From contig VJWM01000025.1 of assembly GCA_010909165.1 (NCBI GenBank), positions 1,860,001 through 1,924,000 on the forward strand: a stretch of DNA of 64,000 nt, read 5' to 3'. The position numbers and the translations under genes were made by a program. The notes beneath the pieces are model-generated. The model searched no databases. It worked only from the letters and a program-made list of their open reading frames with translations, and was not told the origin of the DNA. The DNA comes from Anthoceros angustus (taxonomy: Eukaryota > Plantae > Anthocerotophyta). Of the stretch, positions 13,105-26,653 are shown one piece after another. The first letter of the stretch is position 1, and each line of letters opens with the position of its first letter.

Positions 13105-13468
13105 TGTCACAGCAGCTCACTCATCAGATAGGGTACCCACACAAACTTCGTCTCGCTATGGCGCAGGTGCTAGCAACCTAACGGGACGGAAATAGTAGCA
13201 CGCCACGGACCGTATAATGGCAGACTTACTAACAGGTAGAAACGGTAAAACCCAGACTAACCCCGGTAGTAATTAGGAAATATTCGATTAATATGGGTAA
13301 ATGCCCGTAAATTAGAATCGTAGGTAGAGCGGTGAAGCGGTAACTTGATCGGTTACCTCCAAGAGTTCTTGGCATGAGCAGGCCGGGACCTATATGTACG
13401 AGAAACAAGAATGAAAGCGGCCATTCCAGACTCATAACTCCTCGGACCGAGGCTTGAGGGATTGTTGC
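13105..13468 (+). repeat. 3' LTR of nested Ty3/gypsy
   Basis: TGTCACAGC... after PPT; matches 5393-5737 with small indels. Confidence 0.85.
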
Positions 13469-16400
13469 GATTCGAGGAGGAGCGGCCTGCAAGGGAGGGA
13501 GAACCCTCACCGCGTTGCCAAGCGCCCTGGCAGTTGCAACTGGTGTGGCCTCCCTGGCCATTGGGCAAGAGAATGCCGCAAGCGGAGGCGGGTGAGCTAG
13601 CGTCGGCCAAAGGCTCTGACAAGAAGCGTAGCGGTGAGGCGCAATCGAGACTCCAAGGCCCACGTGAAGATACTTGTATGCTGCACTTTCGGAGTGATGA
13701 CAAGCTACTTTGGTACCTTGATTCGGGGGCCACTGCATGCAGGAAAAAGAACTTTCGAACCTTAGACTGACACAAGCGAGGTTTTCTTGGATGAACAAAG
13801 TAAGTCAAGCTTGCCTATTCGAGGTAGAGGCACTGTGTCTTCACACTCCATGATGGCCTGAGTTAATCCTAGAAGATGTCATCTATGTCCCGGGCATGGC
13901 CAAAAATCTTATGTCATGAGTCGGATCATGCGTCAGCGCACGTTCTACATGCATCACGGACTACGAAGCAACTGTTTCTGACAGGTCATCTCCTCACATG
14001 TGCTTTTGAGGTGCACGAAAGTAACTGTCTGAGACTCAACATTATCATGTCAGGGCTGAGTCACATGAGGCTACTCACTCAACCTCATCTTCTACCTAAG
14101 TCAAAACGGGCCTTGCTTTGTACGCCCGTTTGGGCCACATCAACAAGTCTAAGTTAATAGACATATCGGTCTTAGGATGCCATGTGAGCCCCTACCAAAA
14201 TGTTTTAAACAATTACCTGTATGCGAATCCTGCATACTAGCTAAGCAAAAGGAGTCGCCATTCCCTAATTTACCTGCACAGAGAGCCACAAGAGTCCTTG
14301 AGTTAGTCCATGCTGACATTTCAGGCAAAGTCCATGAGCCCTCACTGGAGGTGCTGCTACTTTTCACTATAATGATGACTCTGAGCCGGTATACATGGAC
14401 ATTTCAATGGAACTCAAGAGTGACACTTATGGATTTTTCAAGATTGGCTTACCCTTTGCTCGCGGCAGTCAGGCAGCTCACGAACCTTAGGAGACAATGG
14501 CCTTTGAATTTGTGCTCAACTTTGAAGACTGCTGCGGTCTCATGGGATCTGCACGGACAAATGATGCCCTATCGCTAGCAGGCGGAGTGTCGAGAAAGGA
14601 AAAATCAGACTTTCTTGTCCATGACAAGAAGCATGTTGTTATGGGCAGGCTTACCTCAGGGTTATTGGGCGGAGGCTATAGTGACAGCGACATACATTCT
14701 CAACCGTGTCCTCACCAGCACTGTCCCAAACAAAACCCCATTTGAGGTATTTTGGAACAAGAAGCCCAGCCTCCTCCACCTCCGGGTCTTTGGATCCTGT
14801 GCTTATGCCTATATACCTAAGGAGAAAAGGCACAAGTTAGACAGCCGCGCTGAGGCTCTTATCCTGGTTGGCTACAGTGAACACTCAAAAGCCTACAAGC
14901 TGTATAACCCAGACACTGATACTATTGTTCTTGCTAGGAGCGTCACCTTTGTTGAACTCCATAGCCCTGCCTCCGAAGATAGCCCACCAGAGGACCCCAC
15001 AACTTCCTCTCCGGCTGATCAACCTGCTGTTTTCCCCCTTGATGATGATGAGCTGAACGTGGTTCCACCTCACATGCTGGAAAAATCACAATTTAGACCT
15101 TCCCACAACATTGAGGTCTGATCTGAGATGTTGAAGGAGAAACTATAGATGCAAACACTAGGGATACAATCCCTGCTCAACCTGTGTTGGATGCAGAGGG
15201 GGACGTAGGGCTAGCTGATGAGACACCTACCTTGGCTAACCTGCACAGCCTCCACCTCAGGTTGACCCAGTTGTCAATCTTCCCCGTCGCTCCACACGCC
15301 ACAGACCTCCACCATCTGAATGGAAGGAACCTCCCTATGTCTCCGATTTCGAGCATGCGCCGTTCCCTCCCTTGGACCAGCCTTACCCCTACGAAGAACC
15401 CACTCGTTAACTCGGGCACTCAATGGTCCCGAATGTGACAAATGGAAGCAGGCGGTTGAGGAAGAATACCAATCCTTGGTGAAGAACAACACGGACTCTT
15501 GATCTCCCTCCGAGGCGGAAAGCCATATCCAATGGACCTTCAAATTAAAGCTAAGCTAAAGGCGAAGTGGCGGGTTCAAAGCCCGACTTGTGGCGCGAGG
15601 TTCACTCAAGTGGAAGGGCTGGACTACCGAGGAAACATTCTCACTGTAGTTCGCAGCCAATCCATTCGCCTTATTCTTGCCTATGCCACGAGTTTGACCT
15701 TGACCTTGAGCAAATGGACGTATACCTTTGCCTTTTTGTATGGGGTCCTTGAAGAGAGTTGTACATGTTTGACCGAAGGCTATGAAGACCACACACACCA
15801 AGTGCTCGAGTTATTGAAATGTATCTGGTTGAAGCAAAGCGGCGGTATGGTACCTTACAATGCATGTTTATCGATCTGACTTGACTTCGTCCGAATCTGA
15901 CACAAATGTATACATGCTCATGAGAGGAACCTCCATTGTGCTACTTGCCCTCTACGTCGGCGACTTGATCCTTGCCACAAATGACCATACCTTTGCCTTT
16001 TTGTATGGGGTCCTTGAAGAGGAGTTGTACATGTTCAGCGAAGGCTATGAAGACCACACACCCGCACCAAGTGCTCGAGTTATTGAAATGTATCTACTGG
16101 ATTGAAGCAAAGCGGCGGTATGGTACCTTACAATGCATGTTTATCGATCGATTGACTTCCGAAATCTGCCGACACAAATGTATACATGCTCATGAGAGGA
16201 ACCTCCATTGTGCTACTTGCCCTCTCGTGACTTGATCCTTGCCACAAATGACCATGCCTTTGTTAGCGACGTAAAAGCGACTACACGGAGGTTTGACATG
16301 AAAGACATTGGAGAGTTGAGTGCGCCTAGGAATTCAACTTACGTGTATGCATTGATCTTTGGGATAATGTATATACACCAGAGAAAATATATTACTGAAA

Positions 16401-19100
16401 TCCTACGCAAGTTTCATCTAGACCAAGCAAGACACCTTTACGACTCCATGTCACGATGGGTACTAAACTAACCCGTCGGTACACTTACGGACTCGGATGA
16501 ACTTAAAGACATGGAAGGTGTACCTTATAGAAGCCTTGTTGGGCTTGTTAAATCGCCAAGCCCAGACCTGGATATCTGATACTCGTCGACCTTTGTATCA
16601 CAATTCCTTGAGTGCCACAGGAGAGTTCAGCGGGCGGCGGTGAAGCGAATATTCGTTATCTCCGGGGCACATTAAACTATGGCCTCATGTACAAAGAAGT
16701 GGGGACCAACGACTTACCTTATCCCCAGTTACTCGAAGGCAGCTTGGATTCGGTATGACATCTCATCTTATTGTTTCCTTCTTGCTTGATCACTGGGCGG
16801 CAAGAAACAATCCACCATTGCCCTCAGCTCCACTGAAGCTGAATATAAGTATTGGCCCAGCGGCCAAAAGCGAGTGGGAAAGAAGTTTTCTTACGGTCTT
16901 GCCACCATAATCGATCCTACCGCTATCTTATGCGACAACACTTGACCACGGAGCTTGTATCCAAGCCAACCTTCCACGCCGAGCGAAGCACGAAGTGCAC
17001 CATCATTATATTCGAGATCCGGTATCCAGGCATCATCAAGGTTAGTCATATAATCTGAGACTCAAACCACGGATATATTTACAAAGTGCACTAAGCTCCC
17101 CACTATCTACATGTCACGGGGCTTGGCCTCGATGACTAATGCGCCTACATTGACACATGAAAGGGCTGTGTGAATGAGAGGAAACCGACAAGCTACACAG
17201 ACGGTGGCCAGATGCGCATATTCCCCTGCAGTCCCTCATGACTTCCACCTCACATGCTGGAAAATCACAATTTAGACCTTCCCACAACATTGAGGCGGTC
17301 TGATCTGGATGTTGAAGGAGAAACTATAGATGCAAACACTAGGATCTGATCACACTCAACTGTGTTGGATGCGAGGGGACGTGGGGCTGGTGATGAGACA
17401 CCTACCTTGGCTAACACACTGACCTCCACCTCGGAGTTGACCGTTGTCAATCTTCCCGTCGCTCCACGCCCACGGACCTCCACCATCTGAATGGAAGGAA
17501 CCTCCCTATGTCTCCAGATTTCCGAGCTTGGTTCCCTCCCTTGGACCAGCCTTACCCCTACAAGAACCCCTCGTTGCTCGGGCACTCAATGGTCCCGAAT
17601 GTGACAAATGGAAGCAGGCGGAAGAATACCAATCCTTGGTGAAGAACAACACACGGACTCTGCATCTCCCTCCAGGAGGAAAGCCATATCCAAATGGACC
17701 TTCAAATTAAAGCTAAGCTAAAGTAGTGGCGGGTTCAAAGCCCGACTTGTGGCGAGGTTCACTCAAGTGGAAGGGCTGGACTACCCGAAACATTCTCACT
17801 GTAGTTCGCAGCCAATCCATTCGCCTTATTCTTGCCTATGCCACGAGTTTGACCTTGACCTTGAGCAAATGGACGTATACCTTTGCCTTTTTGTATGGGG
17901 TCCTTGAAGAGTTGTACATGTTTGACCGAAGGCTATGAAGACCACACCCGCACCAAGTGCTCGAGTTATTGAAATGTATCTACGGATTGAAGCAAAGCGG
18001 CAGGGTATGGTACCTTACAATGCATGTTTATCGATCGGTGACTTCGTCAGTCACGCCGACACAAATGTATACATGCTCATGAGAGGAACCTCCATTGTGC
18101 TGCTTGCCCTCTACGTCGACGACTTGATCCTTGCCACAAATGACCATGCACTGTTAGCAGACGTAAAAGCAGCTACACGGAGGTTTGACATGAAAGACAT
18201 TGGAGAGTTGAGGTGCGCCTAGGAATTCAACTTCATTATGCGTGATCTTTGGGATAATGTATATACACCGGAGAAAATATATTCACGAAATCCTCATAAG
18301 TTTCATCTAGACCAAGCAAGACACCTTTACGACTCCATGTCACATGGGTACTAAACTAACCCACGACTGAACAGACTCGGATGAACTTAAAGACATGGAA
18401 GGTGTACCTTAGAGCGCAGCCAGGCCTGTTATTGTCGCCAATGGACACGGCCCGATACTCTGATACTCGTCGACCTTTGTATCACAATTCCTTGAGTGCC
18501 CCGGGAGAGTTCACTGGACAGCAGTGAAACGAATATTTCGTTATCTCCAGGGCACATTAAACTATGGCCTCATGTACAAAAGAAGTGGGGACCAACAGCT
18601 TACCTTATCCAGTTACTCGAGGGCCCTTGTTGGGCTTGATTCGGTATGACATCTCATCTTATTGTTTCCTTCTTGCTTGATCACTGGAGCGGCAAGAAAC
18701 AATCCACCATTGCCCTCAGCTCCACTGAAGCTGAATATAAGTATTGGCCCAGCGGCCAAAAGCGAGTGGGAAAGAAGTTTTCTTACAGTCTTGTACATAA
18801 TCGATCCTACCGCTATCTTATGCGACAACACTTGACACCGGAGCTTGTATCCAAGCCAACCTTCCACTTTCGAGCGAAGCACATGAAGTGCACCATCATT
18901 ATATTCGAGATCCGGTATCCAGGGCATCATCAAGGTTAGTCATGTAAGGACTCAAACCACGGATATATTTACAAAGTGCACTAAGCTCCCCACTATCTAC
19001 ATGTCACGGGGCTTGGCCTCGATGACTAATGCGCCTACATTGACACATGAAAGGGCTGTGAATGAGAGGAAACCGACAAGCTACTGGACGGTGGCCAGAT
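13469..19100 (+). pseudogene. Copia-1 gag C-terminus/pol (zinc knuckle, protease, integrase, RT, RNase H; RT-RH block duplicated)
   Basis: CNWCGLPGHWAREC knuckle ~13535; WYLDSGAT ~13711; LELVHADISG; YWAEAIVTATYILNR...RVFGSCAYAYIPKEKRHKLD (14615..15121); RT/RH fragments 15430-17100 repeated at 17243-19129. Confidence 0.9.
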
Positions 19101-19810
19101 GATGCATATTCCCCAGTCCCTGACCCGGCTTCCCCTCTGTCACAGGCGCCGCACTATGCCGATCAGCCAAACCTAATCAACAAGATACAAGCGAGGCATC
19201 ATTTGGTTATCGATGGCCAAACGATGCACTGCAACCAAAAATTGATTTACCAGATGGATGAAGCTTCAGCGTTAATATAAGCATCTGGTTTTGGTCATGG
19301 GATCATGACATAGCATGGCGCGTGGCTCGCCAACACACGGATCGGGGAGCCAAGGCCGGATCGATCTTTTCACCGCCTTGCACAGCGAGAGAAAAGAAGC
19401 GCATTTTGGGCGAGCGCTGAGTAGGATAGGCTGCGGCTCTCGCGGTATGACGTTCCCAGTAGCCTGCCGAACCAGACCGGAGAATCGGCCTGCCTCGACC
19501 TCTCGCTGCTCTACACAAACGCAAAGGACACAGTTTTCGGCGAGCGTAGCGATGTGGATACCTGCGACTCTCTTGAGATGTCTTCCAACCCGCGATCACA
19601 ACCGACCAATCTCCGTGACACACCCCAATCCTTCAGCGATGCACCCGAGCCTCCGGCTCCACCCGTTCCCAACGACACGCACGGCGGTCTCTTCGGGATA
19701 GCGTCCAAGCATCATCACCCGCTTTTCGCGTGGCCCTCAGTCCCCGATCCGCAGTGTGTGGCGGCGCGTGCCCTATCCCCATTACGTTTCGCATCTGGTT
19801 TAAGAGGGGG

Positions 19811-20028
19811 TGTTAAAATATAATCCCGTTAAGGCATATCATATTATATTAATTAAACCACCGAAGCGGTATGTGGCGGAACGGCATGGTTGGTGGAACG
19901 TTGCACATGGGACATAGGCAGTTATTTAGTAAGGGCGGTGGTTGGTATATTGTAATTAATTGTAAGACACTTTGAATGTGATAAAGCCTCTATTTTTTGC
20001 ACGCTACTCCTAGTCTACATCGTTCACA
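19811..20028 (+). repeat. 3' LTR of Copia-1
   Basis: Matches 3457-3677; preceded by PPT, followed by TCTAG TSD. Confidence 0.95.
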
Positions 20029-20820
20029 TCTAGAGCTTTCGTCTAAGCTTGCCGTCCATTCAATCCTTCGGAAGACCAAAACATCATCGGTATTAATACA
20101 GCCTGGTGCATTTCCATTTACATTTCTACGATAAAGGTGGACAAAGCTCGGGGTTTGAGGTTCAAGGTGCCCCATCAAACCTTTGTCCACTTGAGAAATA
20201 AAGTGGAGCACATAAAATAAGGGTATTGCTGTGGGTGCGCAATGACAAGGTAGACTTGTTGCATATGTATAAGACAAACTTCTTCCCGTTGCTGGTAGAT
20301 GATTCTTATTAGAATATGCTTAGTTAAATAACGGTTAATGCGGTTATTACCTTAGCGAGGTAGTTTCTCATTTTAGTTAAGCAGTTAAGACGGTTTCATA
20401 ACCGAGTAGTTTCTCATTTTAGTTAAGCGATTAAGACGGTTTCATAGCAAGGTAGTTTGACTATATAACACTTTCTACTTTTCCATAATACATTACATTA
20501 CTGTTGATTCTCCTTGCCCATGTGCGCCTACGTGCTCGCGTCCTGGCTCACCCGTGTTAGATCACCGTCTTAGATCCTGGCTATGGCATACGCGTCATAC
20601 CTCGTTTTATGGTATCGAGCGGGATTTAGGCAACGTCGCCAGGTGCGCAAGCACCCAAGTTCCATGATCCAATCTGCTCATCATTAAGATGCCGCGACGT
20701 AGATCTCTTTCCACTCCACAGAGATCCACTCGCAGGTTTGCTCATCCCTCTGCAGTGCGTTGGGAACTCTGCGACGACTGCAGGGAGGAGAAGAGATTGC
20801 AGGCCTCAACATCGCTGAGA

Positions 20821-21154
20821 AACCGTCATCAATCCGGTCCTCATCAGCGACTCATCGGAGCACCGCGGCGCCCAACAACGGATCAGGAACCCGCATCGAG
20901 GAGGACCGACAACGCACTCAAACAGATTGCCGATTTGCAATCTCGCGCGAGACGACACGACATCCTCGTGGAGCGCCTCGTCCTCGACATGGCCGAACCG
21001 TCATCAATCCGGTCCTCATCAGCGACTCATCGGAGCAACGCGGCGCCCAACAACGGATCAGGAACCCGCATCGAGGAGGACCAACAACGCACTCAAACAG
21101 ATTGCCGATTTGCAATCTCGCGCGAGACGACACGACATCCTCGTGGAGCGCCTC
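20821..21154 (+). repeat. ~175-bp direct tandem repeat (~1.9 copies) in Copia-2 leader
   Basis: AACCGTCATCAATCCGGTCC starts at 20821 and 20996. Confidence 0.9.
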
Positions 21155-21244
21155 ATTGACGGCATCAAGGAACTCCTCATGGTTTGCGAGAGAGTCAATG
21201 GCTGTCAGCCTCCGGTGCACCACACCCTACTGTAACCTTTTCTC

Positions 21245-24200
21245 TTGTTTATGTCGCATAGTTCAGAACCTGAAGACGATCCCGATTATGACATTTCCTT
21301 TCTGTTCTATGATGCGACCTCTCATCCTCCTTGGGATTTCTCACCAAGTAATCTCTTAGAGCTTGAGAGACAGAGACAATTACAGGCAGTCCTAGCTAGC
21401 ATCTTAGCACCCATGGCTGCACCAGGAGCAGCTGCACCAGCTGTCCCTGCACCACTGAAGATAGAGTTCAGAGACAAGGATAGGTTTAATGGTACAGACT
21501 TCAACATTTGGGTCATGCGATTAACCCAAATATTCGAGGAGCATGAGCTGTTTTCCATTGTGAATGGAACAGATCCAAAGGTCACTAACCACGTGAGATC
21601 AGACGCGATATCCTAGCTTGGGAGGCGGAAGGATAGGCGTGCTCGATCCATACTCCTTGGGATTTCTCACCAAGTAATCTCTTAGAGCTTGAGAGACAAT
21701 TAGATCCTAGCTAGCATCTTAGCACCCATTTGCACTGAGGCGGTACACAGTGTCCACCACACCCGAAGATAGAGTTCAGAGACAAGGATAGTTTAATGGT
21801 ACAGACTTCAACATTTGGGTCATGCGATTAACCCAAATATTCGAGGAGCATGAGCTGTTTTCCATTGTGAATGGAACAGATCCAAAGGTCACTAACCCTG
21901 TGAGATCAGCAGACGATATCCTAGCTTGGGAGCGGAAGGATAGGCGTGCTCGATCCATACTCATTGCTGCCTTGGACAGAAACATGATGCCGCATACCAT
22001 AGGAGCAGTTACGTCACACGACGTTTGGAAGGTTTTCCAGTCCATTTACCAGGACACAAGCTCGGCTTCTTTGGTGCATTCGCACAGAGACTTCTACAAC
22101 CTCCGGATGAAGGAGAATGAGCCTGTTGAGGCCTACATCAACAAGTTTCGAACACTGCGAGCTAACCTTTCTTTCTGTGGCACCTTGTTGACAGAGGTTC
22201 AAGCCGCAACTTGCCTTTTGGCATCACTCCCTGAGAGTTACCAACACTTTGTAGGCAGCCAGAATGCCACCATGCATGCTGCAATACAAGCAACTGTTGC
22301 TGGACAAACTCCCAAGATCACTCTCGAGGAAGTGATGGGTGCCCTGATTTCAAAGGAGAGTTCAAGGAGCCTTCACAAGACGAAGGGCTCCACTCCTTTA
22401 AACACACGAGTGTTATTCATGTATGAGGCGAGGAGGTTTCCGGCGGGCGGAGGACGAGGCTCTACCAACAACCACAAAGAGATGGTCTCATCGAAGACAT
22501 TCATCACCCAGTAAGATACCCGGCCACTATGAGCGTGATTGCCGGAAGAAGAAAAATGGAGAGCCAAAGCGTGACCAACCTCCAGAAACCAATGTCACCA
22601 TCAGCAAGGCTAAGCAGCCCTCTATCCTAGCAGTCTGCCTTTCATCTTCCCAAGTTCAATCTGACACATGGTTCTTAGATTCTGGAGCCACCAGCCATAT
22701 CTGTTTTCATAGAAGCTCCTTTTCTACTTTCATTTCTGCAAATGATTCTAAACAGTTTGTGCTCTTGGGTGATGATGATGGACTTTCAATTAAGGGAACG
22801 GCTCGTCATCATAGCTTTTGCCGGACACCTCACACCTCGTAGCTAGACGTTACGTATGTTCCTTCCATGACAAAAACCTCATGTCCGTCCCAAGTTGACG
22901 CAGAACACAAATGCCGAGTGAGTTTTGATCGACAAGGTTGTCATGCCACCACACTTAGATCTTCTCGGACTACATTTTACGGTACTCCTCATCATGATTT
23001 ATACCTGCTGAATGTTCGCACAGTTTTTTCCTTTCCACAGACCGCCCATGCCACCGTAACTTCTTCCACTCAACTCTGGCATTGTCGTCTTGGTCACATC
23101 AACTTTCAGCGTTTAGGTTCCCTCTTTCAAGGCGATTCCTATAGAGAACCCCTTTCCCTCACTCTTGATAAGGATGCCTTTTGCGAAGCATGTCAGCTTA
23201 GCAAGGCACATTCCCTTCCTTTCAAGGATAAGGCCCTTAGCCGTGCTGATGGTTTGTTGCATACTGTGCATAGTGATGTTTGTGGCCCGATGTCCACCTC
23301 TTCCTTTGGTGGGGCTAGCTACTTCCTCACTTTTATTGATGAGTGGAGTCGTTATTGTGTGGTGTATCCACTTCGACAAAAAAGTGAAGTTTTTGGCGGC
23401 TTCAAGACCTTTGTAGCTTTTGCTCAACGGCAGACCTCATGCAAGGTACGAATCTTTAGAAGTGACAATGGTGGTGAATACACTAGCAACGACTTCACTG
23501 CTTTCTGTCAGGAAGAAGGTATCCTTCATCAGTTCACGGTACCTTATACACCATGCGAACTCTTTTCGATTAAGAGACCTTGCAAGAAGCTACTCTGGCT
23601 TCCCTCACTTTTGCTGGACTTACTCGTGGTTATTGGGCCGAGGCTTTAATGGCAGTTAACTATGTCCAGAATCGACTCCCCACCAAGGAGCTCGGTTTGG
23701 TCACACCTTACGAGCGCTGGACAGGCAAGAAGCCCCGCATCATTCATGTACGCATCTTTGGATCACCAGCTTACTCCCTTGTTCCTCCTGCACAACGATC
23801 AAAGCTTGATCCCAAGGCCACCAAGCACATCTTTGTTGGTTATTCAGAAGAGGTGAAGGGGTACAAACTTTTCAATCCAGCTACTCGTCAACTCACTTTA
23901 TCTCGTAGCGTGATTTTCCATGAAGCTTTGTTACACCGCCACTCCACTATTCTATCTTCGGATACTTCTCCTGCTCCCACTGTTATGGGTATTGATGATT
24001 CTGACCCTGTGGATAGCGATGAGATTAGTTATTTCGAAGATGATCCTCCCTCTTCGGATCAAGGGGGGACATCAGTGGCACAACATCAGCCTGTTACTCA
24101 TCACGATGACTCTCAAGCACTCGACAGCCATAATGATGAAGAACAACCCTCGTACTCGATATTGATGAGGTTGTTGCTATTGACAATCTTGAGTCTGATC

Positions 24201-25869
24201 CAGAAGATGAAGTCCCCATCCTTCGACGTAGCACCCGCACTCGCAGACCAATGGCCGAGTGGAAAGAGCCTCCTTACACTGCCCAGGTAGTTGCATCACC
24301 AGCCCTAGCACTCAGTGTCTCTGCTTCCCTAGGAGAACCTGCTACCTACAAAGAAGCTTTAGAAGGCCCTGAGGCATCCTTTTGAAAGCGCCATAGATTC
24401 AGTATCAATCCCTTATTACAAACCGGACTTGGAAACTAGTGGAGCTCCCAAAGGTAGAAAGGCTGTAGCTTGTAAATGGGTTTTCAAGAAAAAGTTGAAC
24501 ACTGATGGAACTGTGGGCAGATACAAGGCTCGCCTCGTAGCTAAAGGCTACAGTCAAATACCTGGCTTAGACTACAATGAGACTTTTGCCCCCGTAGTCA
24601 AATCTACATCAGTCAGGATCCTTTTAGCCATAGCTGCCCATTACAATCTGCTTGTGCATCAGCTAGATGTCAAAACGGCTTTTTTGAATGGCTTGCTTGA
24701 AGAGGATATCTATATGAGTCAACCTGAAGGATATGCTGTTGATGAGAAGAAGGTTTGCAAGCTTCTCAAGACACTTTATGGACTTAAACAAGCCTCAAGA
24801 GCATGGTATGAAGTTTTCCACAAGTTGCTCATAGAGCTCGGCTTTTGCGAGATGGACACTAGTGTATATCTTTTGAGGGACGTTGATTTTCTCATCCTCA
24901 CTTTTATGTTGATGACAATTTTTGTTGTTCACACTTATGGCTGTGACATGCATCCTCCTTGCTCGATTTGAAATGAGACCTCGGTGAGCTAACCTTCTCC
25001 TTGGGTGTCCGCCCACATGAACAAGGCGATGGCACGATAGATATCCACCAAGCACACTTTGTCACACAACTGGAGAGGTTCCATATGGTCGATGCCAAAC
25101 CTCGTAGCTACACCCATGGCACTAGGTGAGAAGTTGTCCCTCAGCATGCTGCCCAACTTCGAGGAGGAGAAGCTCATCATGAGCAAGGTGCCCCATGCAT
25201 GTGTTGGATCCTTAATCTACCTTCTGCCGGACTGTCTCGGACATAACTGCGTGCAAAGGGGAGCCACCGCTTTTGGAGAACCACACCCACCGACTGCAGC
25301 TAAGAGAATTTTTCGGATACCTCAAAGGTACCCTAGGCACGGCCTACGCTTTGGGAGAGCAAAGGACATTTAGCCTCATGTACTATTGCGATGCGGATTG
25401 GGCGGGGGATCCAGATACCAGACGAAGTGTGGCAGCTTATTGCACCTTCATGGGTAACTCAGTAGTCTCATGGAGTAGTAAGAAATTATCTACCATCTGT
25501 TTATCTTCAACAGAGGCAGAATACGCTGCCATGACTCATGCTGCCAAGGAGATTATGTGGATACGAAGTTTTTTGACAGGCCTTGGGCAGCTTCATCCTG
25601 GTCCCACACCACTCTGGGGAGATAATCAATCTGCCATTGCACTCTCGAGGAACCCAGTATTCCATGCTCGTTCTAAGCATATCGAAATAAGTCATCATTT
25701 CATTCGCCAGGCAGCAGAACAGGAAGAGGTAATTGTGTCTTATGTCCCAACAGAAGACAATGTTTCAGACCTTCTCACAAAGGCACTTTCTAAACCTGTT
25801 CACGACAAGCATACTTTAGCTGCGGCATTTGCTCTATTCCCTGTAGCCACTAAGGGCACAGCCCATTAG
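21245..25869 (+). pseudogene. Copia-2 gag-pol (frameshifted as assembled)
   Basis: FNGTDFNIW gag; GHYERDC knuckle; WFLDSGATSHIC; LWHCRLGHIN; HSDVCGPM..FIDEWSR; CKWVFKKK..YKARLVAKGYSQIPGLDYNETFAPV; YCDADWAGDPDTRRS. Confidence 0.95.
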
Positions 25870-26497
25870 CTAGGTCTTTACGTTCTAATCCTCCAAAGGA
25901 GCTTTCCTTGTGTTCTCAGCAGCTGTATGAGGTCTTCCCGCACCTTGTCAGACTTGGCGAATTCTTCCTTCAGTGCTGCAGCCCATAGGAGTGTTAGACA
26001 TCACCTAGGATGGACAGAGAATAGGCGTAGAATAGGTCAGATACTTACAGCCGTAATCCACGAGGACACCAGACTCCGTCACATGTGGAACAGGCTTGCA
26101 CTTTTCTTTTCCCTTTTCCTTCTTTGTTGCAGTCTGTTTCTGGGTCTTCTTGGCTGGCTTTACTCCCCACTCCTTCTCCATGTATGCTTCGGTCATCAGA
26201 ATCCATTCGCAGAGGCACTTTCATGCAGGCCAGCAAGTCAGCCTTGGTTGTTTCCACACCAACAGTCCCTACTCCTTTCTTCCCTTGCACCGGTTCTTGC
26301 AGATCACCCGGTTGAAGTCGGCACTTGAGTTGTGGAAGACTCGCCTTGTCGAAGTTCTGAACGCGTCTTGCGTTTTTGGCCTTGGAGCTCTCGCGGCAGG
26401 GAGCGTCACTGGAGTATCGAATGGCACACTATCGAGTCAGGCGAGAACATGTTGTGGAGGAAGGATGGCGCCCAGAATTTCTCGCACCTGTGTCCGA

Positions 26498-26653
26498 TCA
26501 GCTCATGCACCTCAACCCTTGAACGGAGTCTTCCATGGTGCAGATCAGGAGGTTGCCGTGCACACAACCAGCAGAGTGTGCTCTGGACAAGAGCAACACC
26601 AGGAGGGCCACAGTCACCAGGAGCAACAATTCAGATATGGTGAGAGTGGCCAT
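26498..26653 (-). CDS. Antisense short ORF with signal-peptide-like N-terminus inside Copia-2 3' region
   Basis: MATLTISELLLLVTVALLVLLLSRAHSAGCVHGNLLICTMEDSVQGLRCMS*; further coding-like fragments continue to ~25900. Confidence 0.4.
   Translation of the reverse strand: MATLTISELLLLVTVALLVLLLSRAHSAGCVHGNLLICTMEDSVQGLRCMS

Larger units (their letters stand above)
5393..13468 (+). mobile_element. Ty3/gypsy LTR retrotransposon nested in Copia-1 gag
   Basis: LTRs ~5393-5737 and ~13105-13468; PBS TGGTATCGAGCC 5739-5750; PPT 13093-13104; imperfect TSD GGTTC/GATTC; order gag-PR-RT-RH-INT with GPF motif near 12660. Confidence 0.9.
3457..20028 (+). mobile_element. Ty1/copia LTR retrotransposon (Copia-1) with nested Ty3/gypsy
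   Basis: Near-identical TG..CA LTRs 3457-3677 and 19811-20028; TCTAG TSD (3452-3456, 20029-20033); PBS TGGTATCGAGC 3678-3688; PPT 19802-19810; copia order gag-PR-INT-RT-RH. Confidence 0.95.

Noticed and set aside
8200-19100. Treating retroelement frameshifts as evidence of old age
   Set aside because: LTR pairs are nearly identical and the damage is mostly small indels, which fits sequencing error better than ancient decay
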